Positions 7,565 through 17,305 are shown, counted from the first letter of the stretch. The stretch: 64,000 nucleotides of DNA from Acidimicrobiia bacterium (GCA_027494135.1 JAOSJK010000001.1:163378-227377), one strand, 5' to 3'. Notes: generated by a model not told the origin, from the sequence alone. Made by a program: numbers and translations.

Positions 7565-9142
7565 ATGCGAGACGGGCTGCGGAGGTCGAGACGGGTTCCA
7601 ACGTCGGTACTGGCCGGCCTCGTCGTCGCGGCCTCGGTGCGCGGCCGCTGCCCCTGCATCCGCAGAGATGCGTGCGGGCTACTTCGGGAGCGCCGCCGGC
7701 CTCGACCTGCAGTCGCCCATCGTCGCCATCGCCCCCACCCCAACCGGCAACGGCTACTGGCTCGCAGCCTCCGACGGCGGCATCTTCACCTACGGCGACG
7801 CCCGCTTCCACGGCAGCGCCGGCAACATCGCCCTACGCAACCCCATCGTCGCCATCGCCCCCACCCCAACCGGCAACGGCTACTGGCTCGCAGCCTCCGA
7901 CGGCGGCATCTTCACCTACGGCGACGCCCGCTTCCACGGCAGCGCCGGCAACATCGCCCTACGCAACCCCATCGTCGCCATCGCCCCCACCCCAACCGGC
8001 AACGGCTACTGGCTCGCAGCCTCCGACGGCGGCATCTTCACCTACGGCGACGCCCGCTTCCACGGCAGCGCCGGCAACATCGCCCTACACAGCCCCATCG
8101 TCGCCATCGCCCCCACCCCAACCGGCAACGGCTACTGGCTCGCAGCCTCCGACGGCGGCATCTTCACCTACGGCGACGCCCGCTTCCACGGCAGCGCCGG
8201 CAACATCGCCCTACACAGCCCCATCGTCGCCATCGCCCCCACCCCAACCGGCAACGGCTACTGGCTCGCAGCCTCCGACGGCGGCATCTTCACCTACGGC
8301 GACGCCCGCTTCCACGGCAGCGCCTCGGGCGGGCGTCGGCGCCGGTAAGGGGCATGGGCGCCTCGCGCGACGGCCTCTCGTACTGGCTCGCGGCCTCCGA
8401 CGGGGCGGTCTTCGCCCTCGACGCCGCGGTCCACCCGAGGCCGGCGGGGCGCAGGTTCGCCACGAAGGCACGCCCTCTCGAGGTGCTGATCACCGGCGAC
8501 TCGCTCGCAGTCGCCCTGCAGGACGGGCTCGACACCGGGCTGCGCGCCACGCGGCGGGCGGAGGCGATCCGCAGGGGTCGTTGGTGCTACGGGCTGACCG
8601 CCTCGTGGGAGCCGTCGCCCCCGAATCCCTTCTGCCAGGCATTCTCCTTCTACGCCCCGTCGATGCTCACCGACGAGATCGCCACCTACGACCCCGACGC
8701 CGTCGTGCTGATGCTCGGGACGTGGGACTGGCAGGGCCGGCGGGTCGGCTCCCGCGTGCTCACCCCGCCGAGCGGCCCGTGGTGGCGTTGGTACGAGCGC
8801 ATCATCGACGACGCCTTCCGCCGGCTCACGAGCAAGGGCGCGATCGTCTACTGGGTCGGGTACGCGGCCTGCGACGGCGGCACGCAGACCGACTTCGAGC
8901 GGACCCTGAACGCGACCGCTCGACGGGCGGCGTGGAGGAACCCGACCCGAGCCGTGTACCTCGACCTCCATGCCGAGGTCTGCCCCAACGGGCCGATCAG
9001 GAACCTGGGCAGGCTGCCCGACGGCCGGCGCGTCGTGCTGCTCGACCAGACGGGCCACTTCAGCGAGACCGGCGCCGAGTACACGGGCCGCTGGATCACC
9101 GAGGAGTTGGCGCCCACGTTCCGGCTCCCCAGCCACGACTGA
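7565..9142 (+). pseudogene. secreted lipoprotein: six GYWLAASDGG-type repeats fused to an SGNH/GDSL hydrolase; frame broken twice
   Basis: The signal peptide MRDGLRRSRRVPTSVLAGLVVAAS is in frame 2. The repeats are in frame 0 (ORF 7668..8348: PIVAIAPTPTGNGYWLAASDGGIFTYGDARFHGSAGNIAL x5). The sixth repeat and the SGNH domain (VLITGDSLAVAL...) are back in frame 2 (ORF 7397..9142). Removing one G at 7636-7637 creates the lipobox VAAS-C. Adding one G at 8331-8333 joins the repeats to the hydrolase. Confidence 0.75.
7716..8324 (+). repeat. 126-bp tandem repeat array, ~4.8 near-identical units (coding)
   Basis: Units start at 7716, 7842, 7968, 8094 and 8220. The only differences seen are CGCAAC (RN) versus CACAGC (HS) at the unit ends. 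Confidence 0.95.
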
Positions 9143-9290
9143 CCGCGGCGCGAACCGGCACAGGCCCAGCGCCCCCGTTGCGGCTCGCACCGGGCCGGCA
9201 ACGGCTCCCCGACCTCGACTGACCGCGGCACGAACCGGCACCGGCCCGGCGCCCCGCGGCGGCGCGCACCGGGCCGGCAACGACATCCGC
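9136..9290. repeat. ~80-bp tandem duplication including the hydrolase stop codon
   Basis: CGACTGACCGCGGC(G/A)CGAACCGGCAC...GCACCGGGCCGGCAACG occurs at 9136 and again at 9216. Each unit has a CCGTTGC...GCAACGG-type or GC-rich palindrome. Confidence 0.8.
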
Positions 9291-9374
9291 CCACGACCTC
9301 CACCCACGACGCCCCGTGTGACGTCTGGCACACATCCTTGCCACGGCCTCTGACCGTGAGTCAGGATTTGACCG

Positions 9375-10043
9375 ATGGTCAGAACCGACGCTCCCGACAC
9401 CTCCGATGCGGGCACCGACCGCCGGGAGCGCCGCAAGGCGGAGCGTCGCGAGGCGATTCTCGACGCGGCGCAGCGGCTCTTCACGGTCCGCGGGCTCGAG
9501 GCCACGACCATGGACGACATCGCACGCGAGTGCGACATCGCGAAGGGCACCCTCTACCTGTCGTTCGACAGCAAGGACGACATCGCCTTCGCCGTGCTAT
9601 CCCGTGCACTTCACGAGCTGCACGAGACGCTACGGGCCTCGGTGGTCGACGGCCGCGGTACTGCTCTCGAGCGGATCCAGAGGATCGCCGACGCCTACTA
9701 CGCGTTCTCCGTGGAGCGGCCCGGCGCGTTCCGCTACCTCTTCCTCGTCCCCCACCCCGACTACGCGGGCAGGGTCACACCCGAGGTGGCCGAGGAGACT
9801 GAGCTCCTCGGCTTCGCGTCGCTCGAGCTCCTGGTCGGCCTCCTGCGCCAGGGCGTCGAGGAAAAGTCGCTCGCGCTGAGCGATCCCTGGTCGGCGGCGG
9901 TGGGCATGTGGTCCGCTCTCACCGGCGTGATCGTGATCCCCACGCGCGACGCGCCGAGCAGCCTCGTAGGAGTCGATCACGCCGACCTCGTACGACAGAT
10001 GGTGCAGGCACTGCTACGCGGCCTGCACCCCGATCACGCCTGA
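9375..10043 (+). CDS. TetR/AcrR family transcriptional regulator
   Basis: RREAILDAAQRLFTVRGLEATTMDDIARECDIAKGTLYLSFDSKDDI is the TetR_N HTH. Confidence 0.9.
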   Translation: MVRTDAPDTSDAGTDRRERRKAERREAILDAAQRLFTVRGLEATTMDDIARECDIAKGTLYLSFDSKDDIAFAVLSRALHELHETLRASVVDGRGTALERIQRIADAYYAFSVERPGAFRYLFLVPHPDYAGRVTPEVAEETELLGFASLELLVGLLRQGVEEKSLALSDPWSAAVGMWSALTGVIVIPTRDAPSSLVGVDHADLVRQMVQALLRGLHPDHA

Positions 10044-10122
10044 GCCAGAGACCAGTTCACATCCGCCCGTCACGACCACACACCACAACGCCCACGACAG
10101 TGAGATGAGCCCTGGAGGGGTC

Positions 10123-10782
10123 ATGGATTTCGAGACGCCGCTCTTCGAAGGCAGCCGGTTCCTACGCGCGCTCGGGCCCGACCGGGCCGGGCAGCTGATC
10201 GACCGTTGCGACATCTTCTTCTCCGAGCATCGCGACCACGACGACCTGGCTCGGCTCTTCGCCGCCTTCAGGGCGTCCGAGCACCACACCGTCGCGACGC
10301 TGCGCGAGTGGATGCGCGACACCACCGAGCCCGAGGTCCTCTCCGCCTACTGCGACGTCGCCGCCGAGGAGTCGCGGCATGCCGTGCTGTGGACTGATCG
10401 GATGCGCGCGCTCGTAGGCGACTCGGAGGTCGCGCGCCGCTACGCCGATCCGTGCGGGATGCCCGCCCTGTCCGAGCACTTCCGGCTCTGGGACTCGTAC
10501 GCGACCTCGTGCAGTCTCCCGACACGCCTCGCATACCTCAGCATCGTCGACGCCTGGTCGGGCATCGCCTACAACTCGTATCTTCTCTGGGCGGACTCCT
10601 CGACGCGCGAGACGCTGGAGGAGATACTCGCCGACGAGGTCGCTCACGTAGGGCTGGCAGAGTCCATGATCGACCGCCTTGTTCCCGACGACGATGACCG
10701 CGAGACCATGGCGATCGACGAGGCGTGCATCGCCGGACTCCTCTACGAGGTGACCAACGGGTTCCTGTCGAGCGGAATCTGA
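10123..10782 (+). CDS. ferritin-like di-iron protein (two E-x-x-H motifs), function unknown
   Basis: ATG 10123 is preceded by GGAGGGG. EESRH and DEVAH motifs sit about 100 residues apart, as in di-iron carboxylate proteins. Confidence 0.55.
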   Translation: MDFETPLFEGSRFLRALGPDRAGQLIDRCDIFFSEHRDHDDLARLFAAFRASEHHTVATLREWMRDTTEPEVLSAYCDVAAEESRHAVLWTDRMRALVGDSEVARRYADPCGMPALSEHFRLWDSYATSCSLPTRLAYLSIVDAWSGIAYNSYLLWADSSTRETLEEILADEVAHVGLAESMIDRLVPDDDDRETMAIDEACIAGLLYEVTNGFLSSGI

Positions 10783-10805
10783 CAGGAAGCCCACGAGGAG
10801 CCTGA

Positions 10806-11465
10806 GTGCACGCGATCGCGCCCTTCGCCGGATTGACCGAGTTCAGCAAGGAAGCGCTGGAGCTGCTGCGCGACCCCAGCCAGTTCAAGTGGTACACGGT
10901 CACCCTCATCTCGTTCGTGATGTACGTCTACGCGAACGAGGTCGAGCGCGAGAACTGGTCGGCCGTCCTGGCCGGCATCGCGCTGTGGTGCGCCGACTGG
11001 ATCAACGAGATCATCAACGGCCTGGTCCTCCACTTCACCGACCGGTCGGCGATCTGGACGACCACCGGCGAGACCTCGTACCTGATCCTGATCGGGCTCA
11101 CGATAGAGATCAGCTTCATGTTCCTGGTCGCCGGAGTGATCTTCGTGAAGTCGCTGCCCAAGAACCGGAGCCTGAAGATCCTCGGGATGCCGAACCGATG
11201 GTTCATGGTCCTGGCGTTCTCGTGCTTCGCCGTCATCGTCGAGGTGCTGCTCAACAAGACCGGGTACTTCCACTGGGACTACTGGTGGTGGAACACACCG
11301 TTCGTCGTCCTCATCGTCCTCTTCGGATACGGGTGGTTCTTCCTGGTCGCCGCCTGGGTCTTCGACATGGAGGACCGGCGGCGGCAGGTGAAGGTCGTGG
11401 CCACGATGGCATCCATGGTCGTTGCCGGGCTCCTCGTCTTCGGGACCGTCCTCGGCTGGATCTGA
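10806..11465 (+). CDS. polytopic membrane protein, Trp/Phe-rich, unknown family
   Basis: GTG 10806 is preceded by GAGGAG. About 6 hydrophobic spans. It follows the di-iron gene by 23 nt. Confidence 0.6.
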   Translation: MHAIAPFAGLTEFSKEALELLRDPSQFKWYTVTLISFVMYVYANEVERENWSAVLAGIALWCADWINEIINGLVLHFTDRSAIWTTTGETSYLILIGLTIEISFMFLVAGVIFVKSLPKNRSLKILGMPNRWFMVLAFSCFAVIVEVLLNKTGYFHWDYWWWNTPFVVLIVLFGYGWFFLVAAWVFDMEDRRRQVKVVATMASMVVAGLLVFGTVLGWI

Positions 11466-11624
11466 GGCCACGGCCGGCCCCAACCGGGCCTCCGCCCCCG
11501 TTCCGCCGCCCGGAATCCGGCTCCGAGACGAAGTTCCGGCAGTTTCCGCTCACCCCTTGCCCCGCGCGCGACGAATAGAGACCGTGAGGCGTAGGAGCAC
11601 GGCCGACGCACACAGGACGGGGAC

Positions 11625-13379
11625 TTGAGCCAGCCCGAGAGCAGCGGCGACGAACGAGCGCCGGACACCGATGAGTCAGAGGCACGCGCGGCCGTCCGAC
11701 GGCGCGCGAGGCAGCGCCTCCGTCGGGCCCAGACGTTGGTCGAGCACTCCTCCGACATCCTCTTCATCGTCGATGCCGCCGGCAACCCCATCTACATGAG
11801 TCCCAGAGCCGGGGAGGTCCTCGGATACGCGCAGGACCGCCCGCTCGGGAAGAGCACCCTCGACCTGCTGCACCCCGACGACGTCGAGGCGACTGCCGAG
11901 GCGCTCGCGCTGGTCATGTCGGGTGGCCTCGAACACGAGTCGCTCGTGGTCCGGACACGCACGGTCGACGGTGGCTACCGGCACCTTGAGCTGCGCGCGA
12001 GGAGCTTCCTCGACGATCCCGACGTCGAAGGGGTGCTCGTCAGCGCCCGCGACCTCACGGATCAGAAGCGTGCGGAGGACGACCTCCGGCGCAGTGAGCA
12101 GCGGTTCCGGACCGTCGTACAGAACTCGTCCGACATGATCATCGTCATCGACGCTGCCGCGACGATCTCCTACGTCAGCCCATCGTCGCTGAGGATCCTC
12201 GGTCGATCCGACACCGACCTCGTCGGCACGAACGCACTCGACCTGGTTCACCCAGACGACCTCGAGGCGGTAGCTCGGCGCCTGAAGATGCGCATCGAGG
12301 AGGGCGGCCCCCACGAACCGACCGCACTGCGCGTACTCCACGCCGATGGCAGATGGATCGACATCGAGGTCGTGTCGAACAACCTCCTCGACGACGAGGA
12401 GGTGCGCGGCGTCGTCGTCAACGTCCGGGACATAACCGAGCGGGTCCGGATGACTGCGGCACTGGAGCACGCGCAGAAGCGCCTCGTCGACTCCTTCGAG
12501 CACGCTGCGGTCGGCATGGCCATCCTGGATCTCCAGGGCAACTACGCCCGGGTGAACGCCGCGCTCTGCGAGATGCTGGGCCACGCGGAGGCCGAGCTGC
12601 TCGGATCGTCGTTCGCAGCGGTCACCCACCCCGACTACGTCGACCGCGTGGTGAGCAGCCACGAAGAGGCGGCGGCGCGTGGGAACGACACCTACGAGCT
12701 CGAGAAGCAGTACCTGCACCGCGACGGACACGCGGTCTGGGCGCGATTGGCGATCACGGTGGTTCGCGACGACGAGGGCGATCCCGAGTACTACCTGTCG
12801 CAGGCAATCGACGTGACGGCGCAGAAGGAGCTAGAGAAGCGGCTCGCTCACGAGGCGGTACACGACCACCTCACGGGACTACCCACGCGCCCGCTCCTCT
12901 TCGACCGGCTCGACCAGGCTCTCGCCGCGGCTCGCCGCAGCTCGCGGCAGGTCGGCGTCCTCTTCGTAGACCTCGACGGGTTCAAGCTCGTGAACGACTC
13001 GCTGGGTCACGCAGCCGGCGACGACGTATTGATCGCAGTCGCACGCCGGCTCCGCTCCGCGGTGCGCGAGGTGGACACGCCGGCGCGCTTCGGCGGCGAC
13101 GAGTTCGTCGTCATCTGCCCCGACATCGCTGGGATCGCCGACGCCATAGGGATAGCGGAGCGGATCCGCGAAGCCCTCGAGGCAGGCATCCCGGTGTCGG
13201 GGACCGAGGTGACCATCGGGGCGAGCGTGGGGATCGCCATCGCCGACGGCAGCGCCGCGGGTGACGCGCTGCTTCGGGAGGCCGACTCCGCCACCTACGG
13301 CGTGAAGCGGCGCGGCGGCGGCACCTGGGAGCTGGCCGTGACCACTAACTGCGACGCGGCCCCACCGGACGGATCCTGA
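11625..13379 (+). CDS. PAS/PAC sensor diguanylate cyclase (3 PAS-like modules plus GGDEF)
   Basis: 584 aa, TTG start. Repeated PAS blocks (IVDAAGNPIYMSPRA, IDAAATISYVSPSS, LDLQGNYARVNAAL), then LTGLPTRPLL...RFGGDEFVVICP. Confidence 0.9.
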   Translation: MSQPESSGDERAPDTDESEARAAVRRRARQRLRRAQTLVEHSSDILFIVDAAGNPIYMSPRAGEVLGYAQDRPLGKSTLDLLHPDDVEATAEALALVMSGGLEHESLVVRTRTVDGGYRHLELRARSFLDDPDVEGVLVSARDLTDQKRAEDDLRRSEQRFRTVVQNSSDMIIVIDAAATISYVSPSSLRILGRSDTDLVGTNALDLVHPDDLEAVARRLKMRIEEGGPHEPTALRVLHADGRWIDIEVVSNNLLDDEEVRGVVVNVRDITERVRMTAALEHAQKRLVDSFEHAAVGMAILDLQGNYARVNAALCEMLGHAEAELLGSSFAAVTHPDYVDRVVSSHEEAAARGNDTYELEKQYLHRDGHAVWARLAITVVRDDEGDPEYYLSQAIDVTAQKELEKRLAHEAVHDHLTGLPTRPLLFDRLDQALAAARRSSRQVGVLFVDLDGFKLVNDSLGHAAGDDVLIAVARRLRSAVREVDTPARFGGDEFVVICPDIAGIADAIGIAERIREALEAGIPVSGTEVTIGASVGIAIADGSAAGDALLREADSATYGVKRRGGGTWELAVTTNCDAAPPDGS

Positions 13380-13445
13380 GGACTCGGCTCGACCCGGCCC
13401 GGCCCGGCTCGGCCCGGCGAGGCCGCGGTCGGTACCGTCTGCAGC

Positions 13446-14060
13446 GTGACCACGATCGAGGTCTTCGCCGACGTCTCCTGCGCCTTCACCCACTACGGGC
13501 TCAGCCATCTGGCCGAGCTGCGCTCGGCCCGCCGGCTCGACTTCGTCTTGCGTGTGCGGGCCTGGCCGCTGGAGTGGGTGAACGACCGCCCGATCGACCC
13601 CGACGCCGTCGAACGCCAGGTCACGGCTCTGCGGCGCGGCATCGCGCCCGACCTCTTCGCCGGGTTCGATCCGGAGGTACTTCCCACGTCGTCGATCCCG
13701 GCCCTCGGCCTCGCCGCGGCCGCCTACGAGACGGACGACGAGACCGGCGAGGCGGTGAGCTTCGCTCTGCGCGACACGCTCTTCGAACATGGGCGCGACA
13801 TCTCCGACCCGAGCGTGCTCGACGACGTGGCTACACGGTTCGGTATCGATCCACCCTCACCCGACGCTGCCGACGCGGCCGTCCGCTCCGATTGGGCCGA
13901 CGGGCAGAGTCGCGGCGTAGTCGGGTCGCCCCACTTCTTCACCCCCGGCGGCGACGGCGTCTTCTGCCCCAGCCTCGAGATCACCAAGGGCGAGGGTGGC
14001 CCGCAGATCGAGTACCGCGCCGACATCGTGGAGGCTCTGCTCGCCGGCATCGTGGAATGA
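13446..14060 (+). CDS. DsbA/FrnE-like thioredoxin-fold protein (degenerate CxxC)
   Basis: FADVSCAFTH replaces the CxxC motif. GVVGSPHFF is typical of the DsbA-like family. Confidence 0.65.
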   Translation: MTTIEVFADVSCAFTHYGLSHLAELRSARRLDFVLRVRAWPLEWVNDRPIDPDAVERQVTALRRGIAPDLFAGFDPEVLPTSSIPALGLAAAAYETDDETGEAVSFALRDTLFEHGRDISDPSVLDDVATRFGIDPPSPDAADAAVRSDWADGQSRGVVGSPHFFTPGGDGVFCPSLEITKGEGGPQIEYRADIVEALLAGIVE

Positions 14061-14129
14061 TGCGCGGCGGCAGGGCCAGTCGTCCCGCGGGCCGTGGTGC
14101 GGGGGTCCCCAGCGGAGCGGTGCGCGTGC

Positions 14130-14477
14130 TCAGCGACGACGCCTGCGGAGCCGCTTCCTGCGGGTGCGCCGCTCCTCAGCCGCGGTCTGCTCCCCGACGA
14201 TCTCGCGTCCGGCGGCGTTCACGATGTCCTCGGCCTCGTTGAGGAGGGCCGCGACGTCTCCCCCGAGATCAGCGGGTTCCTCCGACACGGGGGCCATCGC
14301 CTGGCGGAGGCTCCCGTAGTCCCAGCCGGCATCGGCGCGGCGCATCTCGAACTTGGGGCAGTCGGCGGGGCAGCGCCACGGCGCCTCGGGCGCGATGTCG
14401 AGCCGGCACTTGCGCACCGTGTCGCCCGACGGGTACGTCCGGCTCTCGTAGTGCTTGCACTCCGTCCGCATCGGCAT
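14130..14477 (-). CDS. conserved small Cys-rich protein with poly-Arg C-terminal tail
   Basis: MPMRTECKHYESRTYPSGDTVRKCRLDIAPEAPWRCPADCPKF (4 Cys)...ERRTRRKRLRRRRR. ATG 14477 chosen inside ORF 14130..14576. Confidence 0.55.
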   Translation of the reverse strand: MPMRTECKHYESRTYPSGDTVRKCRLDIAPEAPWRCPADCPKFEMRRADAGWDYGSLRQAMAPVSEEPADLGGDVAALLNEAEDIVNAAGREIVGEQTAAEERRTRRKRLRRRRR

Positions 14478-14521
14478 CAACCCATTGTGGCCGACGCGAC
14501 ACGCCGGCTCCCGGCACCGTC

Positions 14522-15079
14522 CTATCCGAGCCAGTCGGGAGCGCGCGACAACAGGTAGCGGCTCACCGACAGGCACCGCTCCAGCGTCTCGCAGGGGATC
14601 TCCTCACCCTGGCGGATCTTGAGCAGCGACGCCTGCTGGTGCGCGACGATCCGCAGCGTCCGCTCGGGAGCGTCGGTCGCAGACGGGTACGAGTCGGTCG
14701 CCGAGACCTCCAGCGGCAGATCGGGACCCCCGATCCCTGCGAGCTCGGTGGCGAGCACGAGCAGATCGGGGCCGTGGGGCAGCGGTGGAAGCGCCCACGT
14801 GAAGTTCAACGGGAAGTGGTAGGCGTCGCCGGGCTCCTCGTCGTCGGGCAGCTGCATCACTGCGTCCTCGAATCCGAGGAGCACGCGCGGGTCAACCTCC
14901 AGAGACAGGTAGAGGTCGACCGGGCCCTCGCACCCCTCCTCCGGGTGAACATCTACCTCCCAGGTCTGGCGGAGGGAGTACGACTCGACGAAGTGACGCT
15001 CGTCGTGAACGTGGAAGCCGTGCTCGACCGCGTGGTCCTTCAAGTCGGCGACGAAGCCGGCGATGTCGACTACGGCCAC
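14522..15079 (-). CDS. acidic hypothetical protein
   Basis: GTG 15079 is preceded by GGGAGG and lies 1 nt after the rdgB stop. No family recognised. Confidence 0.5.
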   Translation of the reverse strand: MAVVDIAGFVADLKDHAVEHGFHVHDERHFVESYSLRQTWEVDVHPEEGCEGPVDLYLSLEVDPRVLLGFEDAVMQLPDDEEPGDAYHFPLNFTWALPPLPHGPDLLVLATELAGIGGPDLPLEVSATDSYPSATDAPERTLRIVAHQQASLLKIRQGEEIPCETLERCLSVSRYLLSRAPDWLG

Positions 15080-15080
15080 C

Positions 15081-15773
15081 TCAGCCTCCCGTTCCGATCC
15101 CGTTGCCGAGCGATGCGGCGAGTGCGCGGAACGCCCGACCACGATGCGAGATCGCGTGTTTCTCGGCAGGGCTCATCTGCGCGAAGGTACGCCCGTCGCC
15201 ACCCACCGGCACGAACACAGGGTCGTAGCCGAACCCCTGCTCTCCGCGCGGCTCGTCTGCGACGACACCCTCGACGGTGCCGAGCGAGACCACCTCGTGC
15301 CCGTCGGGGAAGTACGCCAGCGCGACGGTCGCGAAGCGGCACGTCCGGCCTTCCGGCTCGACGCCCTCCATCTCGGCGACGAGCTTCGCCACGTTCTCGG
15401 CGTAGCTCGCGCCCTCACCCGCGTACCGGGCGGAGCGGACTCCCGGCTCGCCGCCCAGCGCGTCGACGTCGAGTCCGGTGTCGTCGGCGATTGCCGGGAG
15501 TCCGAACGCCATGCACCATCCGGCGGCCTTGATGCGCGCGTTCTCCTCGATCGTCGCACCGGTCTCCTCGACATCCGGTGGCTCACCAAGCTCCGGCAGC
15601 GCGGCCACCACATCGGCCATCAGCGCAGCGGGGGCCACCATGTATGCAGCGGCTCCCTCGCAGACATCGAGCGGGGCGATCTCAAGCGTCTCCTGCGCTC
15701 CACGGCCGAGGATCTCGACGATCTCACGCGCCTTGTCGGCGTTGCCGGTGGCGAGCACGAACGCGCCGGTCAC
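15081..15773 (-). CDS. rdgB: non-canonical purine NTP pyrophosphatase RdgB/HAM1
   Basis: [13 protein letters not shown]...[22 protein letters not shown]...GFGYDPVF...SHRGRA. GTG 15773 overlaps the rph stop (GTGA). Confidence 0.9.
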   Translation of the reverse strand: MTGAFVLATGNADKAREIVEILGRGAQETLEIAPLDVCEGAAAYMVAPAALMADVVAALPELGEPPDVEETGATIEENARIKAAGWCMAFGLPAIADDTGLDVDALGGEPGVRSARYAGEGASYAENVAKLVAEMEGVEPEGRTCRFATVALAYFPDGHEVVSLGTVEGVVADEPRGEQGFGYDPVFVPVGGDGRTFAQMSPAEKHAISHRGRAFRALAASLGNGIGTGG

Positions 15774-16510
15774 CGGCGCGCCACCGGCGGCTCCGCGATC
15801 ATCTCGATCTGCGCTACCACGATCTCGGTGATCCCGACCTCGGCGAGCGCGATCAGCGAGTCGAGCTCGCCCCGGGTGAACGCCTGGCCCTCGGCGGTCC
15901 CCTGCACCTCCACGAAGCGGCCCGAGGCCGTCATCACGACGTTCATGTCGACCTCGGCGCGTACGTCCTCGGAGTACTCGAGGTCGAGCATCGGCACGGC
16001 ATCGATTACTCCGACGGAGATCGCGGCGCAGGCCTCCCTGACCGGGTGAGCGCCAATGAGCCCCTTGGAGACGAGTCGGGAGCAGGCATCGTGGAGGGCG
16101 ATCCATCCTCCGCAGATCGACGCGGTGCGCGTGCCGCCGTCGGCCTGCAGCACGTCGCAGTCGACGATCACCTGGACCTCGGCCATCGCCGTGAGGTCGG
16201 TCACCGCGCGCAGCGACCGGCCGATCAGCCGCTGGATCTCCTGCGTCCTCCCCGACGGCCGCCCCTTCGCCGCCTCACGGCCTACGCGCTCGGGGCTCGA
16301 GCCGGGCAGCATCGAGTACTCGGCGGTCACCCAGCCACGACCCGTGCCGCGGAGCCACGGTGGCACGCGATCCTCGACAGACGCCGTGCAGAGCACGCGG
16401 GTACGGCCGAACTCCACGAGGACGGACCCCATCGCCATCTCCGTGAAGTCGCGTGTGAACACGACCTGCCTGAGCTCGTCGGTCTCGCGGCCCGATGCGC
16501 GTAGCGTCAC
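15770..16510 (-). CDS. rph: ribonuclease PH
   Basis: [17 protein letters not shown]...[15 protein letters not shown]...[16 protein letters not shown]. Confidence 0.95.
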   Translation of the reverse strand: MTLRASGRETDELRQVVFTRDFTEMAMGSVLVEFGRTRVLCTASVEDRVPPWLRGTGRGWVTAEYSMLPGSSPERVGREAAKGRPSGRTQEIQRLIGRSLRAVTDLTAMAEVQVIVDCDVLQADGGTRTASICGGWIALHDACSRLVSKGLIGAHPVREACAAISVGVIDAVPMLDLEYSEDVRAEVDMNVVMTASGRFVEVQGTAEGQAFTRGELDSLIALAEVGITEIVVAQIEMIAEPPVARR

Positions 16511-16582
16511 TGGTGATCCTCGCTGGTTGGGGTGCCGGCAGGAGTGCTGGTCGCGCTACCGGCGGGCAGGTGGCCCACCGGC

Positions 16583-17305
16583 TCAGATGTACGTCGTCAC
16601 GTGGGGTGCAGCGAGCACCACCGCGCGGCCGAAGGCATCGGAGCCCTCCTCCACGGAGGCTACCGGGTCGAGGCCGGGCCACAGGTGTGTGAGCATCAGG
16701 TGGCGGGCACCGACCGATCGGGCCATCTCGCCCGCCTGACGCGCCGAGAGGTGCATCGGGCTGCGTACGTCGTCGTGCTGGTAGGTGGCCTCGCAGAGCA
16801 GCAGATCCGGGCCCGGCCCGAAGACCTCTGCCGACCAGCCCGGTCCCGTGTCCGACGTGTACACGAGCCGCTTGCCGGCGTAGGCGATCTCGACCGCGAG
16901 AGTCGGGGGCGGATGATCCGTCGTCGAGAACCGCAGGGCGGCATCGCCGATGCTCACGCGGTCGCCGTCGCCGACACCGTGCCACTCGAAGGTGTCGCCC
17001 CAGGAGCCGACGAGCCTCTCCAGGTGCCTCTCGACGCCTTCGGGGGCGTACACGGGGAGGCCCGAGCGCTCCAGCCCGTACTGGTAGAGAACGTGCAGGC
17101 CGTAGAGGTCGACGCAGTGATCGGGGTGACCGTGGGTGATCACCACCGCGGTGAGGTCTTGTGGGGGCACGTGCTGCTGAAGGTTGGCGAACGACCCGTT
17201 GCCGCAGTCGACCCAGAGCGTTGCGTCGCCGGCTCGCACGAGGTAGCCGCTGCATGCCCCACCCCACGGGGCCCCGTAGGAGCCGGAGCATCCCAGCACC
17301 GTCAT
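16583..17305 (-). CDS. MBL-fold metallo-hydrolase (Rv1339-like position)
   Basis: MTVLGCSGS...VVITHGHPDHCVDL. It sits between murI and rph, as Rv1339 does in M. tuberculosis. Confidence 0.8.
   Translation of the reverse strand: MTVLGCSGSYGAPWGGACSGYLVRAGDATLWVDCGNGSFANLQQHVPPQDLTAVVITHGHPDHCVDLYGLHVLYQYGLERSGLPVYAPEGVERHLERLVGSWGDTFEWHGVGDGDRVSIGDAALRFSTTDHPPPTLAVEIAYAGKRLVYTSDTGPGWSAEVFGPGPDLLLCEATYQHDDVRSPMHLSARQAGEMARSVGARHLMLTHLWPGLDPVASVEEGSDAFGRAVVLAAPHVTTYI

Noticed and set aside
7600-8350. Programmed +1/-1 ribosomal frameshifting to explain the out-of-frame repeat array
   Set aside because: Both switches coincide with short G runs, and similar breaks occur in many unrelated genes across the window. 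No slippery heptamer or stimulatory structure is evident. Sequencing indels are the simpler explanation.
7381-9222. 613-aa ORF with PSSPSPPPQPATATGSQPPTAASSPTATPASTAAPATSPY repeats (looks like a Pro/Thr-rich surface protein)
   Set aside because: It is a third-frame reading of the 126-bp repeats. The frame giving GYWLAASDGG modules matches the diverged sixth repeat and continues into a recognisable SGNH domain. This frame has no recognisable flanking domains.
8294-9550. Long antisense ORFs. Examples: 8294..9550 -, 16275..17291 -, 16532..17830 +, 23455..24456 -, 35111..36067 -, 39450..40538 -, 55917..57368 -
   Set aside because: Each lies opposite a gene with clear family motifs. Their translations are Arg/Pro/Gly-rich low-complexity sequence without motifs. 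They are open only because stop codons are rare in GC-rich DNA.
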